NCBI GenBank assembly: GCA_010093745.1
Contig: MU005998.1
Span: forward strand, 62,001 to 126,000
Length of the DNA: 64,000 nt
Origin: Piedraia hortae CBS 480.64
Lineage: Eukaryota
Reading direction: 5' to 3'
A program made the position numbers and the translations under genes. A model generated the notes under the pieces. That model searched no databases and was not told the origin of the DNA. It was given only the letters and a program-made list of their open reading frames with translations. Below are positions 25,397 to 37,163 of the stretch, one piece after another; within the stretch, counting starts at the first letter, position 1, and each line of letters starts with the position of its first letter.

Positions 25397-26491
25397 TCAA
25401 GCAACTTTTCTACCCACATTCCCAATCCCTGCTCCAACAACACTAACCACCACTGCATCATCCCCTCCACTCTCACTCTCACTCGCCTCTCTCAACCCCC
25501 ACCCGCTCAACCCAAGCTTCCTCACACTTCTCGCAAGATTAACCACCGTCTCACTGCCCACCACGTCCCTCCCCAGCGTAACCCTTCCCACATCCTTCCC
25601 CCCAAAAACCATCAACAACAACACCGTCGGCGCAGCCGTAAGGGGGACACACCCCCCTTGCTCCACAACCTCCAACAACTGCAGCGCAGCCTTCCTTCCA
25701 ATCTCCTCAGCCGCAACACCCCCCCTCCTCGGCGCAATCTCATCCGCCGAATAAAAACACCCCCCCGTCGTCTCTGCCGTAACCGAAACCCCAAACCCCC
25801 TCTCCCCCCTCCCATTCGTATCTGAAAGGATATACACATCCGTCCCAAACTGCGCCAGCATGCCCTTAACCCCATCAATAACCCTCGCATTCATCGAAAC
25901 CGGCACCCCAGTCGAATACGCCGTCCCACGCACGCGCTTAATCTTCCCCGCGTGTAATAAATGCAAAGTCTTAGGCATCTGCACCTGATTCCCCATCGTC
26001 ATAACCACCTCCTGTCTCCCTGTCCGGAGGGTTATATTTCTCTCCACCCCCAATGGGCGGAGGTAAGGGAGGATCGCTCCGCGGAGGGTTTCGACGCTTA
26101 TGTCCCGTGCCGTCGCACCGGGAATTACGCCCTCGCCCGTGAGGGTTAGTTCGATTTTCTTCTGTGCGAAGGGGGATAAGGTCAGGATCGGGAGGATGAA
26201 GTAGCTTGCTCCTCGCGTGTTTTCGCGTGGGAGGGTGAGGTTTGCGCTTCCGCCGACTATGAGGCCGGGTGTGAAGGAGACCCGCGTGCCTGAGGGGGAG
26301 ATTTGGATTTTACTCCCTGTTAGCTCCGAGAGGAGGTGGAGTAGGGATACTTCGTGCGGGGCGAGGCCGGGGGAGGAGGGGGTAGGGCGGATTGAGGTTA
26401 GAATTATGGGTTGGGAGGTCAGTGTGGAGAGGATGAGGAGGTGCGGGATGTTGGTTGGGGAGTCGAAGATTAGGGGTTTGATTGTCGACAT
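25397..26491 (-). CDS. RCL1: RNA 3'-terminal phosphate cyclase-like 18S rRNA processing protein
   Basis: LILSTL, PGL.PHEVSLL.LL, GT.V.F.PGLI.GG, GKIKRVRG.AY, EEIG..AA.QLL and a C-terminal GIGNVGRKVA. Confidence 0.92.
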   Translation of the reverse strand: MSTIKPLIFDSPTNIPHLLILSTLTSQPIILTSIRPTPSSPGLAPHEVSLLHLLSELTGSKIQISPSGTRVSFTPGLIVGGSANLTLPRENTRGASYFILPILTLSPFAQKKIELTLTGEGVIPGATARDISVETLRGAILPYLRPLGVERNITLRTGRQEVVMTMGNQVQMPKTLHLLHAGKIKRVRGTAYSTGVPVSMNARVIDGVKGMLAQFGTDVYILSDTNGRGERGFGVSVTAETTGGCFYSADEIAPRRGGVAAEEIGRKAALQLLEVVEQGGCVPLTAAPTVLLLMVFGGKDVGRVTLGRDVVGSETVVNLARSVRKLGLSGWGLREASESESGGDDAVVVSVVGAGIGNVGRKVA

Positions 26492-28239
26492 CGTTGTGGG
26501 TGGTTTCTTGGCTGATATGGTGTGCGATCGATGGCCTGGTTGGCGGTGGAATTTTTTGGAGAGAGGTGCAGCGGAACGGGCCGGAATGTGGGGAATATGG
26601 GATCGCCAAGACCACCACGAGGGTTTTGTGGGGGTTTTCTCTGAGTTTTAGACAAATGTTTGCAAAAATCGAAATCATACGGATTAAGAGTTGTGTCTAC
26701 CTGCATTGTCGCTAATGCCTGGAAATCAGGACTTCTGATCTCCTTGCAGGTCCTGAAGCGGTATCTCTACCTAATTCTATGCAGGCTTTTCATACGGGTT
26801 TCACGTGGATAGGCTTTGCGTGCACATGCATTGCTGAATTGCTGCGCTCAAACAAGGGCAGCGTTCAATGAACGAACGCGAGTCTCTATGAGCTACAGGA
26901 AAGCACATTGATCAACGGCCGTCGAATTGAATACATATCTGACCTACTCTGAATGAAGCCTGGAATTCAGGCTTGAAGATTGGTCTATATCAATGAGCGT
27001 TATCATGGACTGAAGACTGAAGTTACCGGATTTATGATACCGCTGGCACTATGGTCTATCGCGGCACAAATGAGAAGTCCGATTTTCAATGCTTGAAATC
27101 AAAAGAACACGACAGAATTGCAGCCCAAGCCCGATTTCCCCTGAGAACCATGATCATTTTGGAAAATATCTGGCCTGAGTTGGATACCAAACGAAGATGT
27201 TTTCGATCGCGATTTGGATGTCGATGCGGACTGCCCAGGCAAAATAAGAGCATGAGTGTTGGTCACTCTTCGTTTCGTCGTGCTGTGGGTCTAGCTGAAG
27301 GAGGACCATTTCAACCCATTGTACTCAGAAGCACCATAAGGAGTTCCAACCGCTGCAGTCAGACATCAAATTTTACAGTAAGATGGGCGAAATGATGCAA
27401 GAAAACAGTCATCTGCCACACAACATTTTCTGCTCACAGTATATGTCCAGAATACGCTGTGTAAGCATCTGGACATGGTCGTGACCTAGGTTCGTCACTG
27501 TTCCGATGACGATCATATCCGCCTGTACTTCAGTTGCGCGCACAACTGTTCAACTCATGTCACAGAAGTTAAGACCGTGAGAGCGATCGAAGCTCCAAAG
27601 CAACTTTATGAAGAGCCGAACGAACTTCTAAGGTCTATATGAGCCTGCTAACACCGCGCTCCTGCAGTCTCTCGGCATACAGCAGTCACACATACTTCCT
27701 CTCTTTGTCTTATTACACTCCACAGTAATCTCTACCATCACCCTACAATGGACTTTCTACATTATCTCGCCACAGTCAAGGCTGCCCTCAAGGCATATCT
27801 GAGATACTTTCTGGATGGGCACGCCTGACGTGTTGTGGGGTGCGCCCTGTGGAACATCGACCCGCGCTCTCGCGTGCGAACGACAGCCACTTCTCAGTTC
27901 TCCGACCAAGCCTAGCCTGCACTTCAGGCGTTATAAGAATCCAGAAAGGGTATTATCAGTCGATCAGACTTCCGATCCAAGGTTCCGGAATGACACACCA
28001 ATTCGGGTTTCAGCTCGCTTACCGGGATCATTACGATATCAACCTAGGCGTTGGCACCATGAGAACTAGCGGACCAATTCAACGTCTCAGTATACAATTT
28101 CCTCCCATTCGCATCAAACCTGGTACTCTGTCTGGATCACGCTGGACCGGACCAGATTCATCCTCTACCGAAACGATCGAATAGGCAAACTGGAGCGCAT
28201 CTTCGCTCAACAGTCGGCCTGTGGGGCCTGGTGAATCGT

Positions 28240-29050
28240 CACGCGCTACCATACATCGCATCTAACACACTGTGGAGACGACTACATGAGCGCTCACAAT
28301 GCCCGCAAGCCAATTGTAAGCAGGTCCTCTTTGCGAGTTTAAGGGGATAACAAATGGACGTGAAGTCGGGAGACTAGGCCTTAGATTCGGAGCTGGGCGC
28401 ATGACAGCAATTACCCGAAGCCCGAAATCACTGAAAAGCAACCATGGATACTCCCGAAGCAAACGGGTTCTCCAGCGACTGCAAAATTAGACAGCTCGTC
28501 AAGGTCGACCTAGGGGATCTTGCTCATCTTCTGTATTCCCTTAACCGAGACGAGTTTGATACCTTTCTCGCAGTGGACCAGATCGCCACGGAAGCTAAGG
28601 GTTCCAAGGGGAAGTTTATGGACTTTTAATGCAGCTGTGGCCTGCAACTCTCGTCTGCTGCTACGCTCACAAGGTAGGCCTGCCAGACGAGATGTAAATT
28701 TGTTGCGCCTGTGGTGTGCTGAAGCTAGGATCACTAAGCTGCTTTACAGAACTACAATTGACGATGTCTGCAAGTGGCACGAAGAGTTCATCCCCGAGAG
28801 TCAAACAATGCTACGACTGTGGGCAGAGATATGGGGCGTTGGAAGCTTTCGGAGAGAGGTCAATCTCCACAATCTCTTCCATTTGCCGATGTGGGCGAAA
28901 AGGTTTGGTCTTATCGGTGGCTCGACGCAAATCCCAGAGCCTACCAACAAACACCTGCGACGCCGGATGCAGCACACTAATTGGTGTGCGGTTTCCCGCG
29001 AGGTCAATATTCGCACCAAGCACGAAAGGGGATTCCATCACACTTGTCTG
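28240..29050 (+). mobile_element. Degenerate CACTA/EnSpm-like transposase relic
   Basis: NLHNLFHLPMWAKRFG..EPTNKHLRR.MQHTN..VSREV resembles the K.H.L.HL...IRRFG..E..N...R..H.N...SRDI block of fungal CACTA-like elements. Confidence 0.5.
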
Positions 29051-29139
29051 GGTGGGTGGTGCCGGCGTATGGGACGTGTAGGACGGTAAACCCTCTCATG
29101 CGGTACACAGCCAGGTCGCCTCTGCAAGCATAGATAGAG

Positions 29140-29350
29140 TTCGAGGTTTCTCAGGGTTTTTACCTCTGTGGAGTAAGTTCTCCCTGAGATCATTGTCCCG
29201 TCCGTGTTCTTGCATGTCTCGATGACGTTTTCCTGGCGAATCACTTCCTAGAGTCATAGGCATCTACATCCACTTTTTGACTAGAGTCAAGTCCACACAC
29301 TTGACACCTGTCTACGTTCCTGTATTAGCCATAGGAGGTCTATCTCTCCG
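29140..29350. repeat. Diverged dispersed repeat related to 52040-52300 (retroelement fragment)
   Basis: Shared blocks TTCTCAGGGT..TTACCTCT..CCCTGAGA..TCATTGTC and CATCTACATCC..CACACA in both copies. Confidence 0.6.
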
Positions 29351-29881
29351 ATAGGACTCAAAGGTTCAGAGCTCTCGCCGGGCGTCCGGGGTGCTTGAAT
29401 GGTTCTTGGGAATCAACCAGGGGAAAAGGCATAAGCACAATCGCGCAAGCAATGACAAGCCTGTTCACAAGCGGACAATGCTCACCACAGGAACGCCCGC
29501 ACGATACACCAAGGCCTGAGCCAAACAGTAAGAAAACATTCACGTTGGACCAAATATCTGATCGAAGTCGACTCTGAGACTTGGTGCGATGGTCTTCCGC
29601 AGGTATCGATCGACAAATCGGTGTTCTTCCATGCAAGCACGTCTCTAGACTGTGATGTATCAATGTTTAGGAGGGCATCTCGAGGTATTAGCGTTGCGAA
29701 TCATTTTCCAACCGTAGTACTTTAAATTCGAACACTTGTAGATGTGAAAATATGTCTGTTTTGGGGCGTGATTCTGCACAGCGCCAAGGAAAGCCGCTGA
29801 TTTTGTCTGGCTGGTGGGACGAAGCTCTTGGCGGTCGTAAGCCTGATCGAGACTAGCGCAGGTCGGTCCCGCGAGCGAACA

Positions 29882-30907
29882 ATGACAGACGCGCAACAGG
29901 CGTTCGACTCTGCGCGAGCGCAGCTGCAACATTTGTCGCGCGGCATCGAACAGAGTGTGCGGGATCTCAGCGCGCAGCTTCCCCAATGGTGGCCGGATAA
30001 GTTGCGACTCCCCACCCCGCCGCCGCCGCCGCCGCCCCCACCACCGCCTCCGGTGTCAACAATCCAAAGCCTCCAACGATTTGCCAGTAGAAACCGTCGC
30101 ACCATTGCTGTCTGCGCTGGAGTGGCTGCACTTACCGGACTCGTATTCACATCACATTACTGCTCGAAACACAAGAAGCGCCGGGCGCATCGTAGCGCAT
30201 CAGGCGCGCGCACAGATGTCGTCGTCGTATTCGGCGCCGCGAAGGACCCGCTGACCAACGCTGTATATCTTGATCTTGAAAGGAAGGGATTCGTCGTTTA
30301 TGTCACTACCCGAACGCCCGAGGAGGATCAACTCGTGCGGTCTGAAGTTGGGGTTGATCTGCTTCCCTTGCGAGTCAACGATGAGAAGGCACTGCAGAAG
30401 TTCAGTGATATGTTTGGTGGCAGAAAACACTATGCCTTCGAGGGGGCCAAGCCGCATCATTTGACTCTCGCTGGGCTGGTTGTTATGCCGAACCCGAGCG
30501 AGATCGTGGGCGGCATTGCTCATGTCATTGGTCTCTTTACCTTACCTCTGTTGCAGGAATCGGGCAAGGTGTTATTTGTGATTCCGCATTCAGAGGATGC
30601 GGATGCTATTCGCCAGAGGGAACATGCGCTGAAATCCCTCCTCGAACCAGAGGGGCTTCCCGTCAGCCATGTCAGGGCCGGCCGCATTGAGGTTCCGACC
30701 CTCTTGGCTCCGCAGAGGAGGAAGGGTTCGCCTCAACAGTCCAAACGGACCGCCGCGGCTCTGAGGAAATTGCATCACGACGTCTTTGATACGTTAATGA
30801 TGCCGTCGAGCGGCGGATGGCATCGTGGGATGAGGTATATTACCAACTGGTCGAGAGCAATGACGGCTACGCTGTTGCTCGAGGATGGCTCCGTTCTTGG
30901 ACTTTGA
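29882..30907 (+). CDS. DUF1776-like fungal protein (short-chain-dehydrogenase-like fold, N-terminal TM)
   Basis: TM segment followed by KKRRA.RS.SGARTDVVVV.G..DPLT..VYLDLERKGFVVYV. Poly-Pro linker. Confidence 0.8.
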   Translation: MTDAQQAFDSARAQLQHLSRGIEQSVRDLSAQLPQWWPDKLRLPTPPPPPPPPPPPPVSTIQSLQRFASRNRRTIAVCAGVAALTGLVFTSHYCSKHKKRRAHRSASGARTDVVVVFGAAKDPLTNAVYLDLERKGFVVYVTTRTPEEDQLVRSEVGVDLLPLRVNDEKALQKFSDMFGGRKHYAFEGAKPHHLTLAGLVVMPNPSEIVGGIAHVIGLFTLPLLQESGKVLFVIPHSEDADAIRQREHALKSLLEPEGLPVSHVRAGRIEVPTLLAPQRRKGSPQQSKRTAAALRKLHHDVFDTLMMPSSGGWHRGMRYITNWSRAMTATLLLEDGSVLGL

Positions 30908-30958
30908 TAAAGAAAACGAAATATGGAGTAATGTCATTATTATAACTGTATATCGTCT

Positions 30959-31614
30959 CTACACCTTTCCGAACCCTCCCGTAGACCCAAACCCGCCTTC
31001 TCCACGCACCGTAGTCTGTAACATCTCCACGACAGCCACCTCTGGCGTCTCAATCTGTTGGCTCCAGTCAGCAACGGAACAAGCTCCCTCAAAAACAGAA
31101 ACCGCACCTTCTCCAGAATCAACTGCGCAACACGATCCCCAACTTCCACCCGAAAGTCCTCCTCACTGAGATTAAACAGCAAAACCTTAACCGGCCCTCT
31201 GTAATCCGCATCTATAACGCCCGCACCCGTGTCGATCCCATGTTTCGACGCCAGCCCACTCCGCGGCGCGACCCTCCCATACGTACCCAGCGGCACCGCA
31301 ATCGAAATATCCGTATCCACCAACACACGACCCCGCGCGGGGATAGAGATGCTTCGCGACGCGTAGAGATCGTAACCGGCTGCGAACGCGGACCCACGGG
31401 TAGGCGGCTTCGCGCTTGGAGCGAGAAGCTTCACCTGCAGCGCTGAGGAATTCGCCATCACGGGTGCAGAATGCAGCTCTGGCGTCGGAGTCGCTTGTTT
31501 ATCCTGCAGAACAGCCGCAGCGGCAAGGTTAGCCGCCGGTTCGGTATATTTCGTCCTCTTAGGTGCGGGTGAGGTCGGAGATTGAGGAGGATCCGGCGCG
31601 GGTGTTGCTTCCAT
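30959..31614 (-). CDS. DUT1: dUTP pyrophosphatase, 1 intron
   Basis: [34 protein letters not shown] and GDRVAQLI. The spliced motif 5 reads [12 protein letters not shown]. Confidence 0.96.
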
Positions 31615-32049
31615 TCTATCGATCGTAATCTCGCAGCGTAGGAAGAGGTGAGGTTGAGATAAGGTTCGGGCACCGGTAGCCCCTGGCGATCGCCCGTTGG
31701 AGCTAGATCCGCTTTGGAATTTTAAGCCTGCGCGTGCTGTTTGCTGCTTTCACGACAGCACATTTCACGAACCCATTGTTTTGTAAAAGCCTAAATACCC
31801 AGTTTGTTATGTCTGTTGCTGTAGAAAAGCCGATGCAAGGTTGTCGGCATTGAGAATTCGGACATAGCTACAGTCGTCAGGAAAGGTTCTCTTGTGATGC
31901 ACGTGCGTACGACACAGATATATCGCGAAGAGAGTTTCTTTTTCGATTTCAATTTAGATTTTTACACGCGCACAACGAAGAGAATTGGAACCATCTTGAC
32001 TTTCGCGCACGACGGTGCATTCCGTCGTCGCGATTGAACCTCGTTCTAC

Positions 32050-34251
32050 ATGGATTCTGGAAGCAATTCTAAGGCTGCTGCCCCCACGGGCACAAAGTTG
32101 GTGTTGAGTGGGTGGGCAGATAACCGAGCATCCACTCAGAAGGATGCCGGCGTCGGCTCACTGTTGCATGCCACTAGGGAGAATATCAGAGTGAAAATGA
32201 ACCTCGGAAGGGAGGATTTTTCTGTTGAAAAGGTATGTGTCTTCATTGACCGTGTTTAAAAAGTGAACCCAGCTGACATATCCAAGATCCGGGTGAGATG
32301 CGGAGAAGTAGTCGTCGACGTTTGGCCGCAGTCGGTGGCCGATTATCTTCTGAATCGGCCACCACACGCTTGGGCTGGCGCCACTGTGTTTGTCTGTATT
32401 TTTCGGGGGAATCTGGGTCCAGCGAAAACAGGCGACCTGGGCTCCAAGCCCAATGTCAATCCCGAGAGTAAACCAGCAACAGAGCTAAAGGTCACCGGAT
32501 GGACCAAGAACTGGTCTTCTGGCAAGTCAGACCGCGGCGTTGGTTTGCTCCTGAATTGCATGGAGATTATGGTTATAAATCAGACCAATATCGGGGCGGA
32601 GAGTGTTGTCTTGAAGAAGGTGAGACTCAATTTCGAAGTTTCACTTAGACGACAGGACGCTGACCAAAGGTAGGTTCGGATCACGCAGACGGACGAGCTA
32701 ATCGTCCGAGTTTCGCCGCCTAAGGTGCACGCATTTTTTGTTCGTCTCAAAAGCTTCACTTGGGCTGGAGTGTACATCAACGTGACGGCAGCTGGTGGCC
32801 AACAGAAGGCTGAGCAGCTTCTACAAGCCCAGGAACAGCAAGTGGCTCCGCGGCAGCAGCATTTACTTGAAGCTGTCCAGGCCCAACAGCAGCTCCCACG
32901 GGCTGCTAATATGCAGTTTCATCCTGGGCAAATTGCTCAGGCGCAGCAACATGTCCCGCCGACTGCTTTATCACAGCAGCAACAGGCTTCGCAAACTGCT
33001 CAAATGCTGCAGCAAGTGGCTTCGCAACATGCCAAGACGCAGGAGCAGCAACAGCCTGCACAAGGTGGTCTGCAGCAGCCGAAGGCTGTTCACACGCTAC
33101 CACATGTTGTTCAACAACAACCACGGGCGGCTCGGCAGCAACAGTCACAGCCCGCTCAGCAGCAGGGCCAGGTTGTTATGCCACTAGGACAAACCGTTCG
33201 GCAGCAGCAGCTTGCAAATGGGTCCAGAAAGCGGCAGCCTACACAAAAGGCGCACGCGCAGCCAAGTCAGAACACTTCGCAGACGAATCTTAATCAAAAT
33301 CTCTCACATGAGACCAGAATGATCCCCTGGCCAATCCTACGCCCTCGATATAACCGTGAACGGCGGCATCTGGATCTCAGCGCGCTATCCACAGATCAAG
33401 CACTGCGAAACGTAGGGCTGTTCCAAGTCCCAAAATCAAGAACTAAGGACTTCTTAGTCTTGATGCGCACCTTGCGCACCGTCTTCAATACTGTGGCCGA
33501 GCTCCACGATAGGATAACCAGCATTTCCCTAGCCAGGAACGGGATCAAAGACGTGCAACAGGTCCCTGATCTGGACAAAACACTCCCATCATTGCAGAGG
33601 ATCGATCTCGCAAATAATGACATCCACGGAACCTGCAATTTAGGCCACTGGCGTCGCTCTTTGAAATATCTCTGGCACATAAACCTCAATGGAAATCCAA
33701 TCGTGAGGGCGGAGCCCGCTTATCGCGACACCCTGCCCACCGTCCTCCCAACTTTGCAAACAATCAACGGCACCGAGGTTGGGAAACCCCCACCCCATCC
33801 TCCCGCCAAAATGAGCACCAGCTCCCCACAACCCCCAAAAACATCAAAACCCACAGTCCAAGCACCCTGGAACACCCCAAAGAAGCAATCATACGGCAAA
33901 GCGAGTTGGCAAGCTCCAAAACTCAACGCACAGGGCGAAGCAATCTACAGGAACCGCAGCAAAGGCCCTCAGGGGGCCACCCCGCAGAGTCCCAAACAAC
34001 TAACTCCATCTCCAGCGGAGCAGAAACTCGCCGCGACCGAGAAATTCCTGCAGGGACTGGCGCATATGGATATGGAAATGCTGTCAGACGATCAAGAAGC
34101 GATTCTTGATTCGTTTGCACAGAGAACGCTCATGATCGATGACCTTTGTAGGTACTTTTTGCAGCATGTGGATTGGGATGCGAAAAAAGCGTATGAGTTG
34201 CACGAGGAACATAAGGATCAGCTGCCGTTTGAGGCGTATGTGGAGATTTGA
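32050..34251 (+). CDS. Divergent MEX67/NXF1-like protein A: 2x RRM-like, Q-rich linker, LRR, TAP-C (UBA-like); no NTF2-like domain
   Basis: Exons 32050-32232, 32287-32619 and 32674-34251 (about 697 aa). Mex67-type LRR RYNRERRHLDLSAL..ITSISLARN..LDKTLPSLQRIDLANN..LNGNPI..LPTLQTINGTEV. TAP-C QEAILDSFAQRT.M..CRYFLQHVDWDAKKAY..LPFEAY. Confidence 0.85.
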
Positions 34252-34922
34252 TGGGTTGGGTGTTTTGAGCGCTGCTGAGGGATTTGAAAGGACTAGGAGC
34301 GATTGTTTAGGGAGCGAGTAGGGTAGGAAAGTATTGTGTTGTGATGATATGCTTTCTCTGTTTTGGGGTGTTTGGGTTTCGTTTGAGGGTGTGTACATCA
34401 GAGCTGGAGTACGGAAGTTTCTGATTGGAGGGTGGTTGTGAGATGTGCCCTAGAAAATTCCCATCTCCGCTAGAAGAGTGGGAATGCCGTTGGAATCTCT
34501 TACGACAAATAGGCATTGAGCTCTTCTTTGTGGAAGTTTTTGTCATTTGTACGATAACAATTCGTCTTCCAATGTGGGAATGCATCTCGATGTGGTTTCA
34601 CGAGTTTTGATGATCGACGCCATGGTCAGGAAGCAGCAGCCCATAATTATTTGGGGCGAGGCCTTCTGAGCGAGAGATATGCCATGGTGTAACTTTATGT
34701 AGGTATCTATTTGTCACCTATGACACCTTTGCAGCACCCATACTTGGAGGTCTCTCTTACAGGATGAAATACATTGATGGAAAGAGACCGAAAGATGAAA
34801 AGGTGAGAAAAACTTTTGGCCTGATTCCTTGCCCTCCAGAAGAGAATGGAGCTTGTCCCAAATATGGAATATCTTTTAATGGGCCGCATTCATGATTCAA
34901 CAAACCAGGAGCATCATCTAAC

Positions 34923-35170
34923 TGTCACGACACGAGGCTAAGGACGAGGGGTCGGGGCTGAGGGATCGATGAGAGACGAGGCTGAGAGGTTCAAAGCAAT
35001 GGACTATGGACGAAAGGACTGCGTAGACCCCATGTAGACAGAGAAAAATGCATGGGGAAGATACTAGAAAAGTCAGTGCCACCTGAGTATGTGCCGCAGA
35101 ATGGGGCCACAAGGCTCGGGTCGTGGGCAGGCCGGTCCCTTTCGCATGACGTAGGCCCTGAGTCCTGACG
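34923..35170. mobile_element. Solo LTR, family B copy 2
   Basis: TGTCA...TGACG ends flanked by a perfect TCTAAC direct repeat (target-site duplication). Similar to 8099-8353. Confidence 0.85.
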
Positions 35171-35303
35171 TCTAACGAGAACATCTATTTGTAATTGACG
35201 TATTCCTCGATACCAATCTAACTATCAAGTTGCTTAAGGTGACGGACTTACATCAAAATCGTTACCACCCCACACCCACAACCCTGCACATAACTACAGC
35301 CCC

Positions 35304-35446
35304 TGTTCTAATAAGCAGCGGCACCTCACAGGTGTGTCAGCATACACGCGTTTTTAGAGCCACACAGGAAAATTTCTGAGTACTCGAACCCTGGTCAGGG
35401 ATGTGGGTCATCACCTGCGGATCGCTCCGTGGCGACCTGCACAACA
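35304..35446. mobile_element. Solo LTR, family C copy 1 (143 bp)
   Basis: TGTT...AACA ends with a perfect 5-bp TSD GCCCC. 9 mismatches versus 42668-42810. Confidence 0.9.
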
Positions 35447-35797
35447 GCCCCCATCAAATAGTCACCTCCCACTGGCCATGTAGAACTCTTGCTATGTACT
35501 TATACTTTCGCCATGATCATGTGATGCCCATCCGTTTCCTTCAGGTTTCACTTATCAATGTTGTTGGGGGTGTGGTCAATCCGCAGCGGAAGTGTTCGGG
35601 TCCGAGTTCTGCAGTCCCTGCAGCTGTCAAGATGACGCTAATGCTTCTTGCGTCGGTAGATTGCTTCTAGCGTGCAAAACAACAACCAGAAGCCGCCCGC
35701 GACGCCATCCGACAAGTCGCCAGAGCAAAAGCGAAAAGAAAGCGCAAACCATTTTTCCATCTCATCAAAAGAACCCGAACCGCATCCTTCGCAACCC

Positions 35798-36298
35798 ATG
35801 TCGACGGCGCAACCCCCATCCGCGCCCGCTACTGCGCCGGCACAAGGCGCCACAGCGTCGGCTCCGGGCGAACAACCCGGGCGACCCTATTACGAGACGC
35901 TGCGCGCACAGCTGCGGACCACCCTGGCGGAGAAGCGCAAGATAGACGAAGAACTCGTGACGATTGAAGAGGCGCTATACAAAGCAGAGGGGCAATACTT
36001 AGAGGATACGGCGCTGTCGGGAAATATATTGAAGGGGTTTGACAACTGGGTCAAAGGCGTGCAGATCAACGGCCGGTTAGACGCAAGCGAGCGCGAGAGG
36101 AGGAAGAGTAGAGGCGTTACCGACGATCTGAGATTGTTCAGTAAGAGTTCGGTTGGCTGGGGCGATGACCAATTGCTGCCGCTGGCGACATTTGCGCAAG
36201 ATAATTTGAATTTGGGAAAGCAGGTCAAGACGCCGACGACAGGGGAGGATGCGTCGGCAGGTGGTAAGAGGGGCAAGGTGACGTTTGCGAGGGAATGA
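35798..36298 (+). CDS. EAF6: NuA4 histone acetyltransferase subunit Eaf6
   Basis: PYYETLR.QLR..LAEKR.IDE.L..IEE.LYK.E.QYLEDT..GNILKGFDNWVK and RLFS.SS. Confidence 0.9.
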   Translation: MSTAQPPSAPATAPAQGATASAPGEQPGRPYYETLRAQLRTTLAEKRKIDEELVTIEEALYKAEGQYLEDTALSGNILKGFDNWVKGVQINGRLDASERERRKSRGVTDDLRLFSKSSVGWGDDQLLPLATFAQDNLNLGKQVKTPTTGEDASAGGKRGKVTFARE

Positions 36299-36421
36299 TT
36301 CAGCCTGGTTGATGGGACTGAATAGAGTAGCGTTGCCGCTCAGCTATTGCTGTAGCACCGGGTAATGAAGATATACGTGAAAGTTCTCAAGCTCATTTCA
36401 AATTTTGCAAACCCCACACAA

Positions 36422-37130
36422 ATGGAAATGGCCCAGGGCGACCTTTGGCTCTTTGGGTACGGGTACGTCGATACCCAGACGCTGTCATACGCATACTAAG
36501 TAGCGTCGAGTTCTCTGATATGGAAACCTCCACCGCACTATGGCATGTAGTCTGCCTCTCAGATCTTATCGTCATAGTAACTGACAGCGATATGCAGACA
36601 TGCGCCTGCCAGGCTACGTGACAGGCTACGTCCGGCGATTTTGGCAAGCGAGTTCGGACCATCGGGGGACCGAGGAGCATCCTGGCCGCGTGGCGACACT
36701 CATCTCACGTCCCTACTGGGAGAAACTCACCGACGGCCACACGTCGGCCCCGGAGCGGACGTGGGGCGCCGCGTACCGCATCCCAGCCGTACACGTGGCC
36801 GAGGTGAAGGAATATCTCGATATACGGGAGATTAACGGCTACTCTGTGAAATATACAGACTTTCACCCGTCCTCAGACGCGGCGATTCCTGCTGGTGTGG
36901 ACGTGCCTATAAAGTGCCTCGTCTACATCGGACTGCCGACGAACCCGCAGTTTCTGGGGGTGCAAGACCCGCAGAAGCTGGCAGAGAGGATTGCCATCTC
37001 TAGGGGCCCGTCGGGGGAGAATAGAGAATATCTCTACCAGCTGGAGACGGCGTTGGAGGCGCTGAGCAAAGACAGCCATGATCAACACATTTCTGACTTG
37101 GTAAGACGATGTAAAGCCTTGAATAGATGA
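36422..37130 (+). CDS. GCG1: ChaC-family glutathione-specific gamma-glutamylcyclotransferase, 2 introns
   Basis: Spliced LWLFGYGSLIWKPPPHYDMRLPGYVTGYVRRFWQAS.DHRGT.EHPGRVATL, plus YLDIREINGY and GPSGENREYL. Confidence 0.93.
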
Positions 37131-37163
37131 TACGCTTGAACGCTTCATGCAAACTAAAGAATT

